Part shown: positions 1 to 10,900 of the stretch, one piece after another | Numbering within the stretch: the stretch's first letter is position 1 | Layout of the letters: each line of letters starts with the position of its first letter | Assembly: GCA_963677595.1 (NCBI GenBank) | Contig: OY782041.1 | Coordinates: forward strand, 1,536,001 to 1,600,000 | Length of the DNA: 64,000 nt | Direction: 5' to 3' | Origin: Spirochaetia bacterium | GTDB lineage: Bacteria > Spirochaetota > Spirochaetia > CAKZLE01 | The notes under the pieces: generated by a model | The model's database searches: none | The model's input: the letters and a program-made list of their open reading frames with translations, nothing else | Told to the model about the DNA's origin: nothing | Translations under genes and position numbers: made by a program

Positions 1-602
1 CCGGCTCGAAGACGACGATCGAGGACCTCATCTGGCTAAAGAGCACCGGGCTGGCACGGGAAGTCATCAGTGCTGCCAACCGCGGGGTCGCGGTCGCCGG
101 CATCTGCGGCGGCTACCAGATGCTCGGGAAGGTCATCCATGACGATGAGGGAATCGAGGGTATCTCCGGGGACGTCACCGGGCTCGGCCTCCTTGATGCG
201 GAGACGGAGATGCTCCCGATAAAGACGACCATCCAGACAACTGCCGTCCTGGAGGCGGAGAACCCCTTCGCCCCAACGGGTCCCGTTGAGGCTTCGGGCT
301 ACCAGATCCATATGGGGACCACCCGACTTCACGGGAAGACCCAACCGCTCTTCAGGATCGCAGGCTCCGCTGATACCGACGGGGCATATGCCGAATCCCT
401 CCCTGTCTGGGGGACCTACCTCCACGGGGTATTCGACACGCCCTCCTTCCGGAGGAGCTGGCTCAGGTCGATCGGCTGGGACTCGGGTATGAGGCCCGTC
501 TCCCTCGCTGAGAAGCGCGAGGAGGAGCTGGAGCGGCTCGCTGACATCATCGAGGAGCACCTGGACATGAAGCTGCTCGACTCCATCATCGGGGTCTCCT
601 GA
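1..602 (+). CDS. cobQ: Cobyric acid synthase, C-terminal glutamine amidotransferase part (5'-truncated by window edge)
   Basis: Frame is open from position 3: GSKTTIEDL...GICGGYQMLG...GYQIHMG...GTYLHGVFD, the CobQ GATase motifs; heads a cob operon. Confidence 0.93.
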   Translation, partial: GSKTTIEDLIWLKSTGLAREVISAANRGVAVAGICGGYQMLGKVIHDDEGIEGISGDVTGLGLLDAETEMLPIKTTIQTTAVLEAENPFAPTGPVEASGYQIHMGTTRLHGKTQPLFRIAGSADTDGAYAESLPVWGTYLHGVFDTPSFRRSWLRSIGWDSGMRPVSLAEKREEELERLADIIEEHLDMKLLDSIIGVS

Positions 603-1537
603 TGGCCGCGATCCTCATTGCCGTGGTGCTCGACCTCATCTTCAAGGATCCGCCCAACAGGCTCCACCCCACCGCATGGATGGGGAGCATGATCTCCCTG
701 CTGCGGGGGAAGCACACCCCGGCAAATCCAGCACACGCCTTCCTGAAGGGGATGATGATCCCCCTCGTCACGGCATCGCTCTTCAGTGCGGCAGCCTGGG
801 GCATCATCTACCTGGCCCGCCTTGCAGGCGCACCGGGATACCTGCTCACCGTGATTACCGGCTTCCTGCTCTACTTCACCATCACCTTCACCCGCCTCCT
901 CCAGGTCGGCGGGGAGATCGGTAGTGAACTTTCCTCAGGGGACCTTGAGGCTGCGAGGAAGAGTCTCTCCTACCACCTGGTGAGTCGGGAGACGTCAGCC
1001 CTCTCAGGCAGTGAGGTCTGTGCGGCAACACTCGAGTCGCTCTCTGAGAACCTCACCGACGGCCTGAGTGCACCGATTCTCATGTTCATGATCTTCGGGC
1101 TGCCCGGGGCTGTCGTCTACCGGGTCTTCAACACCTGCGATGCCATGCTCGGCTACCGCACGGAGGAGCTGGAATGGCTCGGGAAGTTCTCCGCCCGGGT
1201 CGATGATCTACTCAACTATATACCGGCACGGATCACGGCACTCTTCATCCTCCTAGCGGGGATCGTGCAGGTCGGCCCCCACCGGGGGCTGCACGTCATG
1301 CTCGGTGACCACCGGAAGACTGAGAGCCCGAATGCCGGCTGGACCATGGCAGCCCTTGCCGGCGTGCTTGGCGTACGACTGGAGAAGATCGGCTGCTACG
1401 TCCTCAACCCGGCAGGAAAGAACCCGGAGACAGCACTTCTGGTTCAAGGGATCTCCATCTGCAGGAAGGGCGGGTACCTCTTCATCATCGGCATGGTCAT
1501 ACTACTTCAGGGGGCAGGCTTTGGCTTATCGCTGTAA
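602..1537 (+). CDS. cbiB: Adenosylcobinamide-phosphate synthase CbiB
   Basis: DPPNRLHP, LVSRET, ESLSENLTDG, NTCDAMLGY, ARVDDLLNYIPAR, SPNAGWTMAALAG motifs; start overlaps cobQ stop. Confidence 0.93.
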   Translation: MAAILIAVVLDLIFKDPPNRLHPTAWMGSMISLLRGKHTPANPAHAFLKGMMIPLVTASLFSAAAWGIIYLARLAGAPGYLLTVITGFLLYFTITFTRLLQVGGEIGSELSSGDLEAARKSLSYHLVSRETSALSGSEVCAATLESLSENLTDGLSAPILMFMIFGLPGAVVYRVFNTCDAMLGYRTEELEWLGKFSARVDDLLNYIPARITALFILLAGIVQVGPHRGLHVMLGDHRKTESPNAGWTMAALAGVLGVRLEKIGCYVLNPAGKNPETALLVQGISICRKGGYLFIIGMVILLQGAGFGLSL

Positions 1538-2606
1538 CCGCTCCCTGCGGCTGCCGGGACGTGTCTACCACGGGGGGACCCTGCATGGGACCCTCGATTT
1601 CTCCGTCTCGCTGAACCCCTATCCCCTCCCGGAGCCAATCGTGGAAGCCATAGGGGGGAGCGACCCCATTAATTACCCTGACCAGGATGGTTCAGCTCTG
1701 AAGTCGAAGCTCTCGACCCATCTCGGGATGCCGGAGCAGGAGCTTCTCATCGTGAACGGAATCAGCCAGGGGATCTTCCTCATCTCCATGCTGTTCATCG
1801 AGCCGGACGACCCGGTACTCATCCTCGGTCCCACCTACGGAGAGTACGAGAAGAACTCCCTGATCTTTGGCGGGAGGATCCACAGGCGGGATGCCCTCCC
1901 TCCAGGGGGCTTCTCCCATGAGATCCCCCTGGTCCTTGGGGATATCGAGGCCCTCAAGCCCAAGCTCGTCTGGCTCTGCAGCCCGAACAACCCGACAGGC
2001 AGGCTGTTCGCCCGAGGCCAGCTCGAGGCGATCGCCCAAGCATGTGAAGCCGCAGGCAGCCTGCTGGTCATTGATGAGGCCTACCTCATGATGACCGATG
2101 ACCCCGCTGAACACCACTTCTCCCACCCGTCGGCACTCATCATGCATTCCCTGACCAAGGACTTCTCCTTGGCAGGGCTCCGTATCGGGTATATCGCGGG
2201 GAATGAGCAGATCATCGCCGGGCTCAAGGCCCTGCAGCCGGCCTGGAGCATGAACAGCCCGGCACTTGCGGCAGCGGCTGCCGCACTTGACCATATAGCC
2301 CTCTATGAGGGGCAGTGGGCTTCACTGCGGCACGAGACTCAGGAACTGGTTGGCAACCTCCATGCCATCGGGATAGAGACTATCCCGACGGATTGTAATA
2401 TCATACTGGCAAGGAAGCGGCCCTCCAGGGGTGGCGGTACGATAGACTCTTCGCTCCTTGCCGAGCGGCTCCTCAGTATGGGAGTCGTCGTCAGGGACTG
2501 CACCTCGTTCGGGCTTCCTGACTTCATCAGGATCGGGACACGCAGGGCTGAAGAGAACAGGACCCTGCTGGAAGCATTGGGAAAGGAGACGTTATGGGAG
2601 CTGTGA
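1521..2606 (+). CDS. cobD: Threonine-phosphate decarboxylase (PLP aminotransferase class I/II)
   Basis: HGG...DFSVSLNP, SPNNPTG, DEAY, SLTKDFSLAGLRIGY; likely TTG start at 1521 rather than ORF-track start 1305, which lies deep inside cbiB. Confidence 0.85.
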   Translation: MAYRCNRSLRLPGRVYHGGTLHGTLDFSVSLNPYPLPEPIVEAIGGSDPINYPDQDGSALKSKLSTHLGMPEQELLIVNGISQGIFLISMLFIEPDDPVLILGPTYGEYEKNSLIFGGRIHRRDALPPGGFSHEIPLVLGDIEALKPKLVWLCSPNNPTGRLFARGQLEAIAQACEAAGSLLVIDEAYLMMTDDPAEHHFSHPSALIMHSLTKDFSLAGLRIGYIAGNEQIIAGLKALQPAWSMNSPALAAAAAALDHIALYEGQWASLRHETQELVGNLHAIGIETIPTDCNIILARKRPSRGGGTIDSSLLAERLLSMGVVVRDCTSFGLPDFIRIGTRRAEENRTLLEALGKETLWEL

Positions 2607-3148
2607 CCCTCATCCTCGGGGGAATCAAGACAGGGAAGACGACCTTCGCGCAGTCATCTGCACAGGCAATACAGGATGCGAACCCCGGTTCGCAGGTCCT
2701 CTATATAGCGACCGCACGGGTACTCGATGACGAGATGGAACTGCGGGTGAAGCGGCACCGGGCAGACCGGCCTGCCGAATGGAAGACCTGGGAACGGGAC
2801 AGGGACCTGCACGAGGGTCTCCAGGAGGAGTCAGTCGGGTGCAGTGCCGTCATCCTCGACTGCCTGACCATGCTCATGACCAACATCGTGCTGGACCAGG
2901 GAGAGGAGTTCGACCGGGAAGCCGTACAGCCGGTCGTGGAACAGGAGATCGGCGCACTCATCTCGGCCTGCCGCAAGATCGACGGGGAGGTCTTCATCAT
3001 ATCGAACCAGGTCGAGACCGGCCTGGTCAGCCCCACGGTCCTGGGGAGACTCTTCCAGGACTTGAGCGGGATTCTTCACCAGTATATCGCCCGGCATGCC
3101 GAACATGTCTATCTCATGACTGCGGGTATACCGCAGAAGATCAAATAA
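2594..3148 (+). CDS. cobU: Bifunctional adenosylcobinamide kinase / adenosylcobinamide-phosphate guanylyltransferase
   Basis: GGIKTGKT P-loop, YIATA...EM..RV.RHR..RP..W.T.E, LDCLT. Confidence 0.93.
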   Translation: MGAVTLILGGIKTGKTTFAQSSAQAIQDANPGSQVLYIATARVLDDEMELRVKRHRADRPAEWKTWERDRDLHEGLQEESVGCSAVILDCLTMLMTNIVLDQGEEFDREAVQPVVEQEIGALISACRKIDGEVFIISNQVETGLVSPTVLGRLFQDLSGILHQYIARHAEHVYLMTAGIPQKIK

Positions 3149-3167
3149 GCGTAAGGAGTGAACACCT

Positions 3168-4202
3168 ATGAACCTACTGACACAGACACGTGCATCCATC
3201 GAGCCGGTCGACCGGCAAGTCGCGAGGGCCATGCGGGAGAAACAGGATTCCCTGGCAAAACCGGTCGGGTCCCTTGGCCGGCTCGAGGAACTCGCGATCA
3301 TCATCGCCTCTTCCCAACGAACCATGACCCCTGCCTGCAGGGATAAGTGGATCACCATCTTCGCCGCTGACCACGGGATCGCCACGGAGGGCGTCACCAA
3401 CGCCCCGCAGATCGTGACAGCGCTGCAGACGATGAACTTCATCGCCGGGGGTGCCGGGATCAATGCCATCACCAGGGCTGAGGGGGTCAGCATATCGGTC
3501 ACCGATGCCGGGATCGCATGCGACTACAATCCCGAAGGCATCAGGCAGTGCTCACTCGGCAGGGGGACAGCCAACATCGCCGAAGGCCCTGCCATGACGC
3601 GGGAGCAGGCGATCGCTTCCCTCGAAGTCGGCATCGAGGCAGTGAATGAGATCAAGGAACTCGACATCCTGGGGACCGGTGAGATGGGCCTCGGGAATAC
3701 CAGCGCCTCGACCGCGATCCTCGCGACCCTGCTCGACCTCGATGTGGACTCGATCACCGGCATCGGCTCGGGGATCAGCGACGAGGCCAGAGTACGGAAG
3801 ACCGAACTGATCAGAAAGGCCCTGGATGTGAACTCCCCCGACCCCTCCGATCCTATCGATGTACTTGCCAAGGTAGGCGGGTTCGAGATCGGCGCTATCG
3901 CGGGGGCCATGCTGGCTGCCGCAGCCAGGCACGTACCCGTCGTCATCGACGGGTTCATCTCTTCTGCCGCGGCTCAGATCGCCATCTCACTCTGCCCTGA
4001 GATCAGGGAGTATATGATCCTCTCCCACCAGTCTGCCGAGAAGGGGCATGACCTCATCTCTGAGAAGATGGGACTCAAGCCGCTGTTCGACCTGGGGATG
4101 CGTCTCGGGGAGGGGACCGGTGCGGCTATCGCGATCAACCTCTGCGAGGCTGCGGTCCATGTGGCGAACGAGATGGTCACCCTCGCATCGCTCGCACCCT
4201 AG
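3168..4202 (+). CDS. cobT: Nicotinate-nucleotide--dimethylbenzimidazole phosphoribosyltransferase
   Basis: KPVGSLGRLE, FAADHG, GEMGLGNT, DGFI, LGMRLGEGTGA. Confidence 0.95.
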   Translation: MNLLTQTRASIEPVDRQVARAMREKQDSLAKPVGSLGRLEELAIIIASSQRTMTPACRDKWITIFAADHGIATEGVTNAPQIVTALQTMNFIAGGAGINAITRAEGVSISVTDAGIACDYNPEGIRQCSLGRGTANIAEGPAMTREQAIASLEVGIEAVNEIKELDILGTGEMGLGNTSASTAILATLLDLDVDSITGIGSGISDEARVRKTELIRKALDVNSPDPSDPIDVLAKVGGFEIGAIAGAMLAAAARHVPVVIDGFISSAAAQIAISLCPEIREYMILSHQSAEKGHDLISEKMGLKPLFDLGMRLGEGTGAAIAINLCEAAVHVANEMVTLASLAP

Positions 4203-4211
4203 GAGAACGAG

Positions 4212-4952
4212 ATGAAGCTGCTGTATGCCCTCCGGTTCATGACGATACTTCCCATACCCTACCGGCAGGATGAGGACCTTGACCGGGTCGCCCGCTCCGC
4301 CGTCTGGTTCCCCTTCGTGGGACTCATCATCGGGGCCATCCTCTACGGTGCTGCTGCGGGGCTGGTCCATCTTGGCCTGCCCTCACTCGCGCCGACGGTG
4401 ACCGCGATCCTGTGGATCATCCTCACCGGGGGACTCCACCTCGACGGCTTGGCAGACACGGCTGACGGGCTCGGCGGGGGACGGGACAGGGAGAGACGAC
4501 TCGAGATCATGAAGGACAGCAGGATCGGCTCCTTCGGGGCCCTCACCCTGCTGGGACAGACCCTCCTGAAGATCGCCTGTATCGCGGCGCTCATCGACGT
4601 GGGACTGCTGCAGCTGCTCATCATCGCACCGGTCGCGGGGCGGCTCGTGATCCTCTACCACTTCAGGATGTTCCCCTCAGCCCGCCCCGGCGGGATGGGG
4701 GAGTTCTTCCGGAGCCGTGGAAGCTGGGCCGAACCGGTCATCGGGACGCTCTATTCCCTTGTCGCAGTCTGGTACGTCGCCTCCATCCCGGGGCTTGCAT
4801 CCCTCCTGCTGCTCATGGGGATCATGAGTTTAGTCGCCGTGTTCCTCTCAAAACGACTCGGGGGACTGACCGGGGACTGCTACGGTGCGACGATCGAACT
4901 GGGGGAGACGGTCCTGCTCCTCCTGCTGATCCTACAGGAGGCAATCCTATGA
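4212..4952 (+). CDS. cobS: Adenosylcobinamide-GDP ribazoletransferase (cobalamin synthase)
   Basis: TGGLHLDGLADTADG, IMKDSRIGSFG, GGLTGDCYGA. Confidence 0.95.
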   Translation: MKLLYALRFMTILPIPYRQDEDLDRVARSAVWFPFVGLIIGAILYGAAAGLVHLGLPSLAPTVTAILWIILTGGLHLDGLADTADGLGGGRDRERRLEIMKDSRIGSFGALTLLGQTLLKIACIAALIDVGLLQLLIIAPVAGRLVILYHFRMFPSARPGGMGEFFRSRGSWAEPVIGTLYSLVAVWYVASIPGLASLLLLMGIMSLVAVFLSKRLGGLTGDCYGATIELGETVLLLLLILQEAIL

Positions 4953-5548
4953 TGAGAGTGATACTGCTGCGCCATGCACAATGCGAGGGGAAGGGGTACG
5001 TCGGAAAGAGAACGGATGTACCGTTGACCCCGGAAGGGACTGATCGGGCTTCCGAGATCGCGAAGGAGCTGGAACCCATCTCCTTCGACAAGGTATTCTC
5101 CAGCACGATGACCCGCTGCAGGGAGACGATCGACCCCTTTACCGACGCACATCCCGAAATCCCGGTAGTCTATGATGAGCGGCTGGCTGAACTCGATTTC
5201 GGGCTCTTCGACGGCCTCTCCTTCGATGAGATCAGAGCACGGTTCCCCGCAAAACAGCAGGCCTGGTTCGATGACCTCCTCCATGGAGCCCCGCCTGAGG
5301 GGGAGAGTCTGTTGAGTCTCCACGAGCGGGTCGGGTCCTTCCTCCAGGAGATCATGCACCCTGAACCTGACTCCACCATCCTCATATGTGCCCACGGCGG
5401 CTCCCTGCGCGCTGTCATCTGTGTACTGCTCAGTCTGGGGGTCATCGGCCACTGGTCCTTTCAGATAGACAGGGGAAACTACTCGGAGATACATATGCAT
5501 GACTTATTTAATACGGTATTACACAGTTTAAACACTAAATCCACATAA
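4949..5548 (+). CDS. cobC: Histidine phosphatase, alpha-ribazole-phosphate phosphatase CobC-like
   Basis: LLRHA (RHG-type motif), ELDFGLFDG, GES, HGG; last gene of cob operon. Confidence 0.8.
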   Translation: MMRVILLRHAQCEGKGYVGKRTDVPLTPEGTDRASEIAKELEPISFDKVFSSTMTRCRETIDPFTDAHPEIPVVYDERLAELDFGLFDGLSFDEIRARFPAKQQAWFDDLLHGAPPEGESLLSLHERVGSFLQEIMHPEPDSTILICAHGGSLRAVICVLLSLGVIGHWSFQIDRGNYSEIHMHDLFNTVLHSLNTKST

Positions 5549-5639
5549 AAGCCTTGTAAAATCCCCTGTATCGCGATACTCTATAAGAGGCACCTTGCTA
5601 CACACTTAAAGTATTAGCGAAAAAAGTTGGGAGAAATGT

Positions 5640-7190
5640 ATGAAAAAGTCTATGGTATTCATGGCAGTAGTCTTGTTCGTATTGACCGGCCTGTTCACGT
5701 CCTGTCAATTCGTCACCAATGATTCGGACCTTCCCGAGAACAATCTCACGGATCTCTCAGGGAAAGCCTTGGACTTGGCGATCATCAACAACATCTTCCC
5801 GGAAGGGTTGGCGGATGACCTGGACGACCAGCTTGAAGAAGCGGGTGTGTCAAAGTCGAGGAACGGCTTCAGTACCTCGGAATACGTCAATGAAGACGGC
5901 TGGGGCACACCTGATGTAGAGTATGGTGAATCTTCCGGAGTAATCCGGATTCCTGCTGATGAAGAAGAATACCTGGTATCAGCAGACAATGACCCGACAG
6001 AGGGTGACCGATATTTTTTCATGGAGAAGATGAGTGAAACGGTCACGGTTGGTGAAGAAGAGATGAATGTCTACAAGATCACCTTCCATGTGATCAAACC
6101 GGAGACAAGTTCCCTTGAGAGGACCGAGACCGTCTACTATGTACCCGGGAACGACTGGTCTGACGACCACACCAGTGCCGAACTCACGACTTCAGGTTGG
6201 GAGACAGAGCGGGTCTATTACGATAACGGCAAGGTCGGTGACCGAACCATGATACAGAAGTGGGAAGATGATGAGGCCAAGGACTATTTCCTCGCTCCTG
6301 ACTACGGCCCCTTTGATGATGAGGAGGATGGGGTAGATGCAATCTTCACTATCGATACCGATGAACTCTACGGCGACAGCAGCCTGGATGAATTCTTCCA
6401 GGAGGATTACTGGAATCAGCTGCATAAGGACGGGACTGCCACCTACTCCTCCTTTGTACGGTCCCTGGTCTATGCTGATGAAGATGATATCGGGACACCC
6501 TCCGATGCCATATCGGAGCAGAACGACTACTATACCGAGGTCGGGGGCATCAAATACTTCCCTGAGATCCTCGATATGAATTCAAGTGACAGGGGAAGCA
6601 TCCGTGCAGGAATCACCTATTACATGAGGCCGAGCGATGAGGTTGCAGGAATCCTGCCGCTCGATATCGTGACTGCCGACAGCAAGTACTTCGACGATGA
6701 GGATCAGTTCCTCCTCTATGACGTAAAGTCATTCCAACATGCAGCTGAGTCCACCTACCAGTATGTGTATCACTATAAGAAGACCTACTTCGATGATGGG
6801 ACCCTCAAGTACGATGACACCTACAACTACTATGAGGAAAGCGATATTGACACGCTCAGGGCAGATGGTGAAGATTCCTATGATATGCAGATCGATGCAG
6901 CCTATACATATGATGGTGGATGGGTTGGGAACCTCGCTATCGCCGCAGAGGATACATCAGAGACCATCTTCCTCAGTGTACGAATGGTAGGCGGCTACCC
7001 CGTTTACAGCGCGCTGTTCAATGATGACGAATTTGACATCGAACCTGATGTTGATGGGAATGTCTACGTGGAGATGCCCGGCGGCGGTACACTCGAAGGC
7101 TCTATCGACGAGTACGGTACCTTCCATGGTGTCTACCGGGCTGCTGACGGTGAAGAAACCGTATGCGGTAACGGTCTCGAAGAAGAATAA
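5640..7190 (+). CDS. Hypothetical highly acidic lipoprotein
   Basis: MKK + hydrophobic stretch + LFTSC lipobox; D/E/Y-rich mature part; GGAGA RBS; own terminator. Confidence 0.75.
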   Translation: MKKSMVFMAVVLFVLTGLFTSCQFVTNDSDLPENNLTDLSGKALDLAIINNIFPEGLADDLDDQLEEAGVSKSRNGFSTSEYVNEDGWGTPDVEYGESSGVIRIPADEEEYLVSADNDPTEGDRYFFMEKMSETVTVGEEEMNVYKITFHVIKPETSSLERTETVYYVPGNDWSDDHTSAELTTSGWETERVYYDNGKVGDRTMIQKWEDDEAKDYFLAPDYGPFDDEEDGVDAIFTIDTDELYGDSSLDEFFQEDYWNQLHKDGTATYSSFVRSLVYADEDDIGTPSDAISEQNDYYTEVGGIKYFPEILDMNSSDRGSIRAGITYYMRPSDEVAGILPLDIVTADSKYFDDEDQFLLYDVKSFQHAAESTYQYVYHYKKTYFDDGTLKYDDTYNYYEESDIDTLRADGEDSYDMQIDAAYTYDGGWVGNLAIAAEDTSETIFLSVRMVGGYPVYSALFNDDEFDIEPDVDGNVYVEMPGGGTLEGSIDEYGTFHGVYRAADGEETVCGNGLEEE

Positions 7191-7222
7191 GACTGATTAA
7201 TTCTCTTCATACCCTCCTATGC

Positions 7223-7251
7223 AAGCCTGTGCGACTCGATCGCACAGGCTT
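7223..7251 (+). terminator. Rho-independent terminator-like hairpin
   Basis: AAGCCTGTGCGA-ctcga-TCGCACAGGCTT, 12-bp perfect stem followed by a pyrimidine tract. Confidence 0.8.
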
Positions 7252-7290
7252 CTTCATTGACAGAACAGCCTAAATCACCATAATGGACCT

Positions 7291-7857
7291 ATGGTGATCA
7301 TCCTTTTCCTGGGAAACCCAGGCAGACAGTACCTTGAGAGTCGTCATAACGTTGGGTGGAGGGTCTGTGATGCCGTGACCTCGCACCTCTCCCCTGCCTG
7401 GAAGACGAAGTTCCATGCGGAGTATGCGGAAGCCTTCTTTTCCGGGGCTGGGAAAGCCATCCTCTGCAGGCCGCAGACCTTCATGAACCGCAGCGGCATC
7501 ACCGCCAGGGAGATCGTGAGCTTCTACAAGGCAGACTGCAGTTCCCTCATCGTCGTCCATGACGACCTGGAGACTCCCTTCGGTACGGTGACCTTCCAGC
7601 ACGACGGGGGCCTTGGGGGCCATAACGGGCTGAAGTCGATCAAGGGGGAGCTGGGAAGGCAGGATTTCTTCCGCCTGAAGGTCGGTATCGGCAGGCCTGC
7701 GCGGCAGTCGGTATCCTCCTACGTCCTGGGGCAGTTCACGCCTGATGAGGAGATATCGCTCAATTACATCATCGAGACGGCTGCTGGTATGCTGGAATCT
7801 GCGCTTTCCGCAGCTGAACTCCCGAACCAGAAGGTTACAAAGACCGTTAGTCTGTAA
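7291..7857 (+). CDS. pth: Peptidyl-tRNA hydrolase
   Basis: LGNPG..Y..SRHNVG, PQTFMNRSG, VVHDDL, GGHNGLKSI, RLKVGIGRP. Confidence 0.96.
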   Translation: MVIILFLGNPGRQYLESRHNVGWRVCDAVTSHLSPAWKTKFHAEYAEAFFSGAGKAILCRPQTFMNRSGITAREIVSFYKADCSSLIVVHDDLETPFGTVTFQHDGGLGGHNGLKSIKGELGRQDFFRLKVGIGRPARQSVSSYVLGQFTPDEEISLNYIIETAAGMLESALSAAELPNQKVTKTVSL

Positions 7858-7932
7858 TATACTTGACCATATATATACAACCCAGTTTTTCATGCGCTAT
7901 ACTTTTAAGATAACACATAACCGGGAGGGGAC

Positions 7933-10900
7933 ATGATACAGACCGAACTCAGGATCCTGCAGACTTCGAGGGAATCGTACGAGGTGTATGAGATTCTCTT
8001 TTCCTCAGAGGAGACCATTCAGGCTCTCTACCACCAGGCACAGAAGATCGCGATGGTCATCAATGCCAAGAGGCAGGACCCGGCACGATCCATCAAGGCC
8101 AGCGATGTGTATGCCGCCGGCGTCATCAGGCTGATCCAGCGAGACCTGGTGCAGGCCTACTCATCGGCCCAGCAGATCGATATAAAGGACCAGGTCCTTA
8201 CCGACTACCGCCGGGAGGGGATCCCCATCCCGGAGATCATCAGGACCTTCGATGCCGTCTTCCCCCATATCGCGGAGATCCCCGAATCAGCTGCAGGGAG
8301 GCTGACCGTGGAGGAGATACTCCTCCTGGAGGTCTCACAGAACAACCCTGCCCTCATGAAGCGGTTCCAGGACCTCTTCAGCAGCCAGCTGCTGCAGAAG
8401 GAACCCCTCTATCGTACGGCAAGTACGAGACTGCTTTCCACCATCAAGGACGCCCCGGGCTTCGAGGAGGGAGATATCGGAGAGTCATCGAACCTCTTCG
8501 AGTTCCTCTGCAAACCGGCCAGGCTCTCACCCGATGACCTCTCCGGCCAGCTGAAGTACATGCTCATGCACTGGGGTGAGTACATCGCAAGCTATAAGAA
8601 TGCCCTGCTCAGGGCACTGGACTTCATCCAGGAAGAGAACAGGCCCGTGTTCCCTCCGGGGCCGGGACCGTCATCGGCCGCTGACTACTCTGGCATGAAC
8701 GAGGAGTATGAGGCATACAGCTCTGACTCCGACTGGATGCCGAATGTCGTCATGATGGCGAAGAGTACCCTGGTCTGGCTCGACCAGTTATCGAAGGAGT
8801 ACGGGTACAGCATCACCCGCCTCGACCAGATCCCCGACCGGGAGATCGACCAGCTCGCTGACCGCGGGTTCACCGCCCTCTGGCTCATCGGGCTCTGGGA
8901 GCGGAGCGAGGCATCGAAGCGGATCAAGAACGCCTGCGGCAACCCGGAGGCAGAGGCTTCCGCCTACTCCCTCCACGGCTATGACATCGCCTGGGGCCTC
9001 GGCGGCTGGGAAGCACTGAAGGAACTCAGCCGCAAGTGCCGGAGGCGGGGGATCCGTCTTGCCAGCGATATGGTCCCCAACCATACCGGGCTGGATTCCG
9101 ACTGGATGGTCAACCGCCCGGACCTCTTCCTCCAGACCCCCTACCCGCCCTTCCCCGCTTACACCTATAACGGGCAGAACCTATCGAAGGACGGCAGGGT
9201 CGGGGTCTACCTCGAGGACCACTACTACTCGCAGACCGATGCTGCGGTCACCTTCAAGCGTGTTGACCACCATACCGGGGCCGAGACCTATATCTATCAT
9301 GGGAATGACGGTACGGGCATGCCGTGGAATGACACGGCTCAGCTTGACTACCTGAACCCCGACACCCGCGAGACGGTGATCCAGACGATCATCCATGTCG
9401 CCAAGAACTTCCCGATCATCAGGTTCGATGCCGCCATGACGCTGGCGAAGAAGCATATCCAGAGGCTCTGGTACCCGCTCCCGGGTACCGGCGGCGATAT
9501 TCCGAGCAGGTCCGCCCATGGTATGGAGCAGAGTGCCTTCAACGAAGCGATACCCATCGAGTTCTGGCGGGAGGTGGTGGACAGGATCGCTGTGGAGGTC
9601 CCCGATACCCTCCTCCTGGCAGAGGCTTTCTGGATGATGGAGGGCTATTTCGTCCGGACGCTCGGGATGCACCGTGTCTACAACAGCGCCTTCATGAACA
9701 TGCTCAAGAACGAGGATAACCGCAAATACCGGGACACGATCAAGAACACGATCTCGTTCGATCCCGAGATCCTCAAGCGATACGTGAACTTCATGAACAA
9801 CCCGGATGAGGAGACCGCGGTCAACCAGTTCGGCGACGGGGACAAGTACTTCGGCGTCTGCACCCTCCTCGTCACCATGCCCGGCCTGCCCATGATCGGC
9901 CACGGCCAGGTCGAGGGCTTCCGCGAGAAGTACGGCATGGAGTTCAGCAAGGCCTACTGGGACGAGAAGCCGAACCAGTACCTCGTCGGTGAGCACTACC
10001 GGAGGATCTTCCCCCTGATGAAGAAGCGGTACCTCTTCTCCAATGCCGAGAACTTCTGTCTCTTCGATGTGGTCCATGACCATGCAGTCCAGGAGAACGT
10101 CTTCGCCTACACGAACCGTGCCGGCGACGAGAGGGCCCTGGTCTTCTACAACAATGCCTATGAGAAGGGCGTCGGCTGGATCAGCCAGTCAGCCCCGAGC
10201 CTGAAGCGGCTCGACGGTGACGAGAGAAAGCTCATGACCACCGGGATCGGTGAGGCCCTCGGACTCCGCGGGGGCACCCATGACTTCTTCATCTGCACCG
10301 GCTTCCATGACGGCCTGAGCTATATCAGGTCATCCCAGGAGGTCTACCGGCGGGGGATCTACGTGGAGCTGAACGGCTACCAGACGCAGATATACCTGAA
10401 CTTCTACGAGGTAGAAGATACCGAGGGTCTCTATGCCCGGCTCTATGAGCAGCTCAACGGGGCTGGCGTCGCCGATATCGAGCGGGAGCTGAAGCGGATC
10501 AAGTACTCGGAGTTCCACCTTGCGGCCTCCCCCTTCTACCAGGTCTCCACGATCGGGAAGCTCAGCCAGTACTGCCGCACGCCGGATCCTGATCTTCTTG
10601 CGGGGCTGGCGAAGACCTTCACGACAGCACAGGCACTGATCGCATCGGTCTGGGGGAATATACCGTTCGGGGCATATGAACTGCTCCCGAAGCAGCTGGA
10701 GCCTGAGAAGGCCAGCCTCCCTGCCAAACTGGAAGCACTGAAGTTGTTCATCGAAGCAGCAGAAGGCAACCAGTACCTGGCGAACAGCCTGCGGATCATG
10801 CCGGAAGTCCCTGCCCTGATCGCTTCCTGGATCCTGCTCTCAGTCGTGACCGACCAGTACGAGGAACCAACCATGATCCCCGACATCGGGCATGAACTGC

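Noticed and set aside
1305-1520. Long overlap of cobD with cbiB
   Set aside because: CobD similarity starts near HGG; a TTG at 1521 with a G-rich RBS is the more plausible start
9181-10083. Long antisense ORFs (also 44665-45768, 29248-30081, 35531-36253 and others)
   Set aside because: Shadow frames of GC-rich genes; no motifs or expression signals
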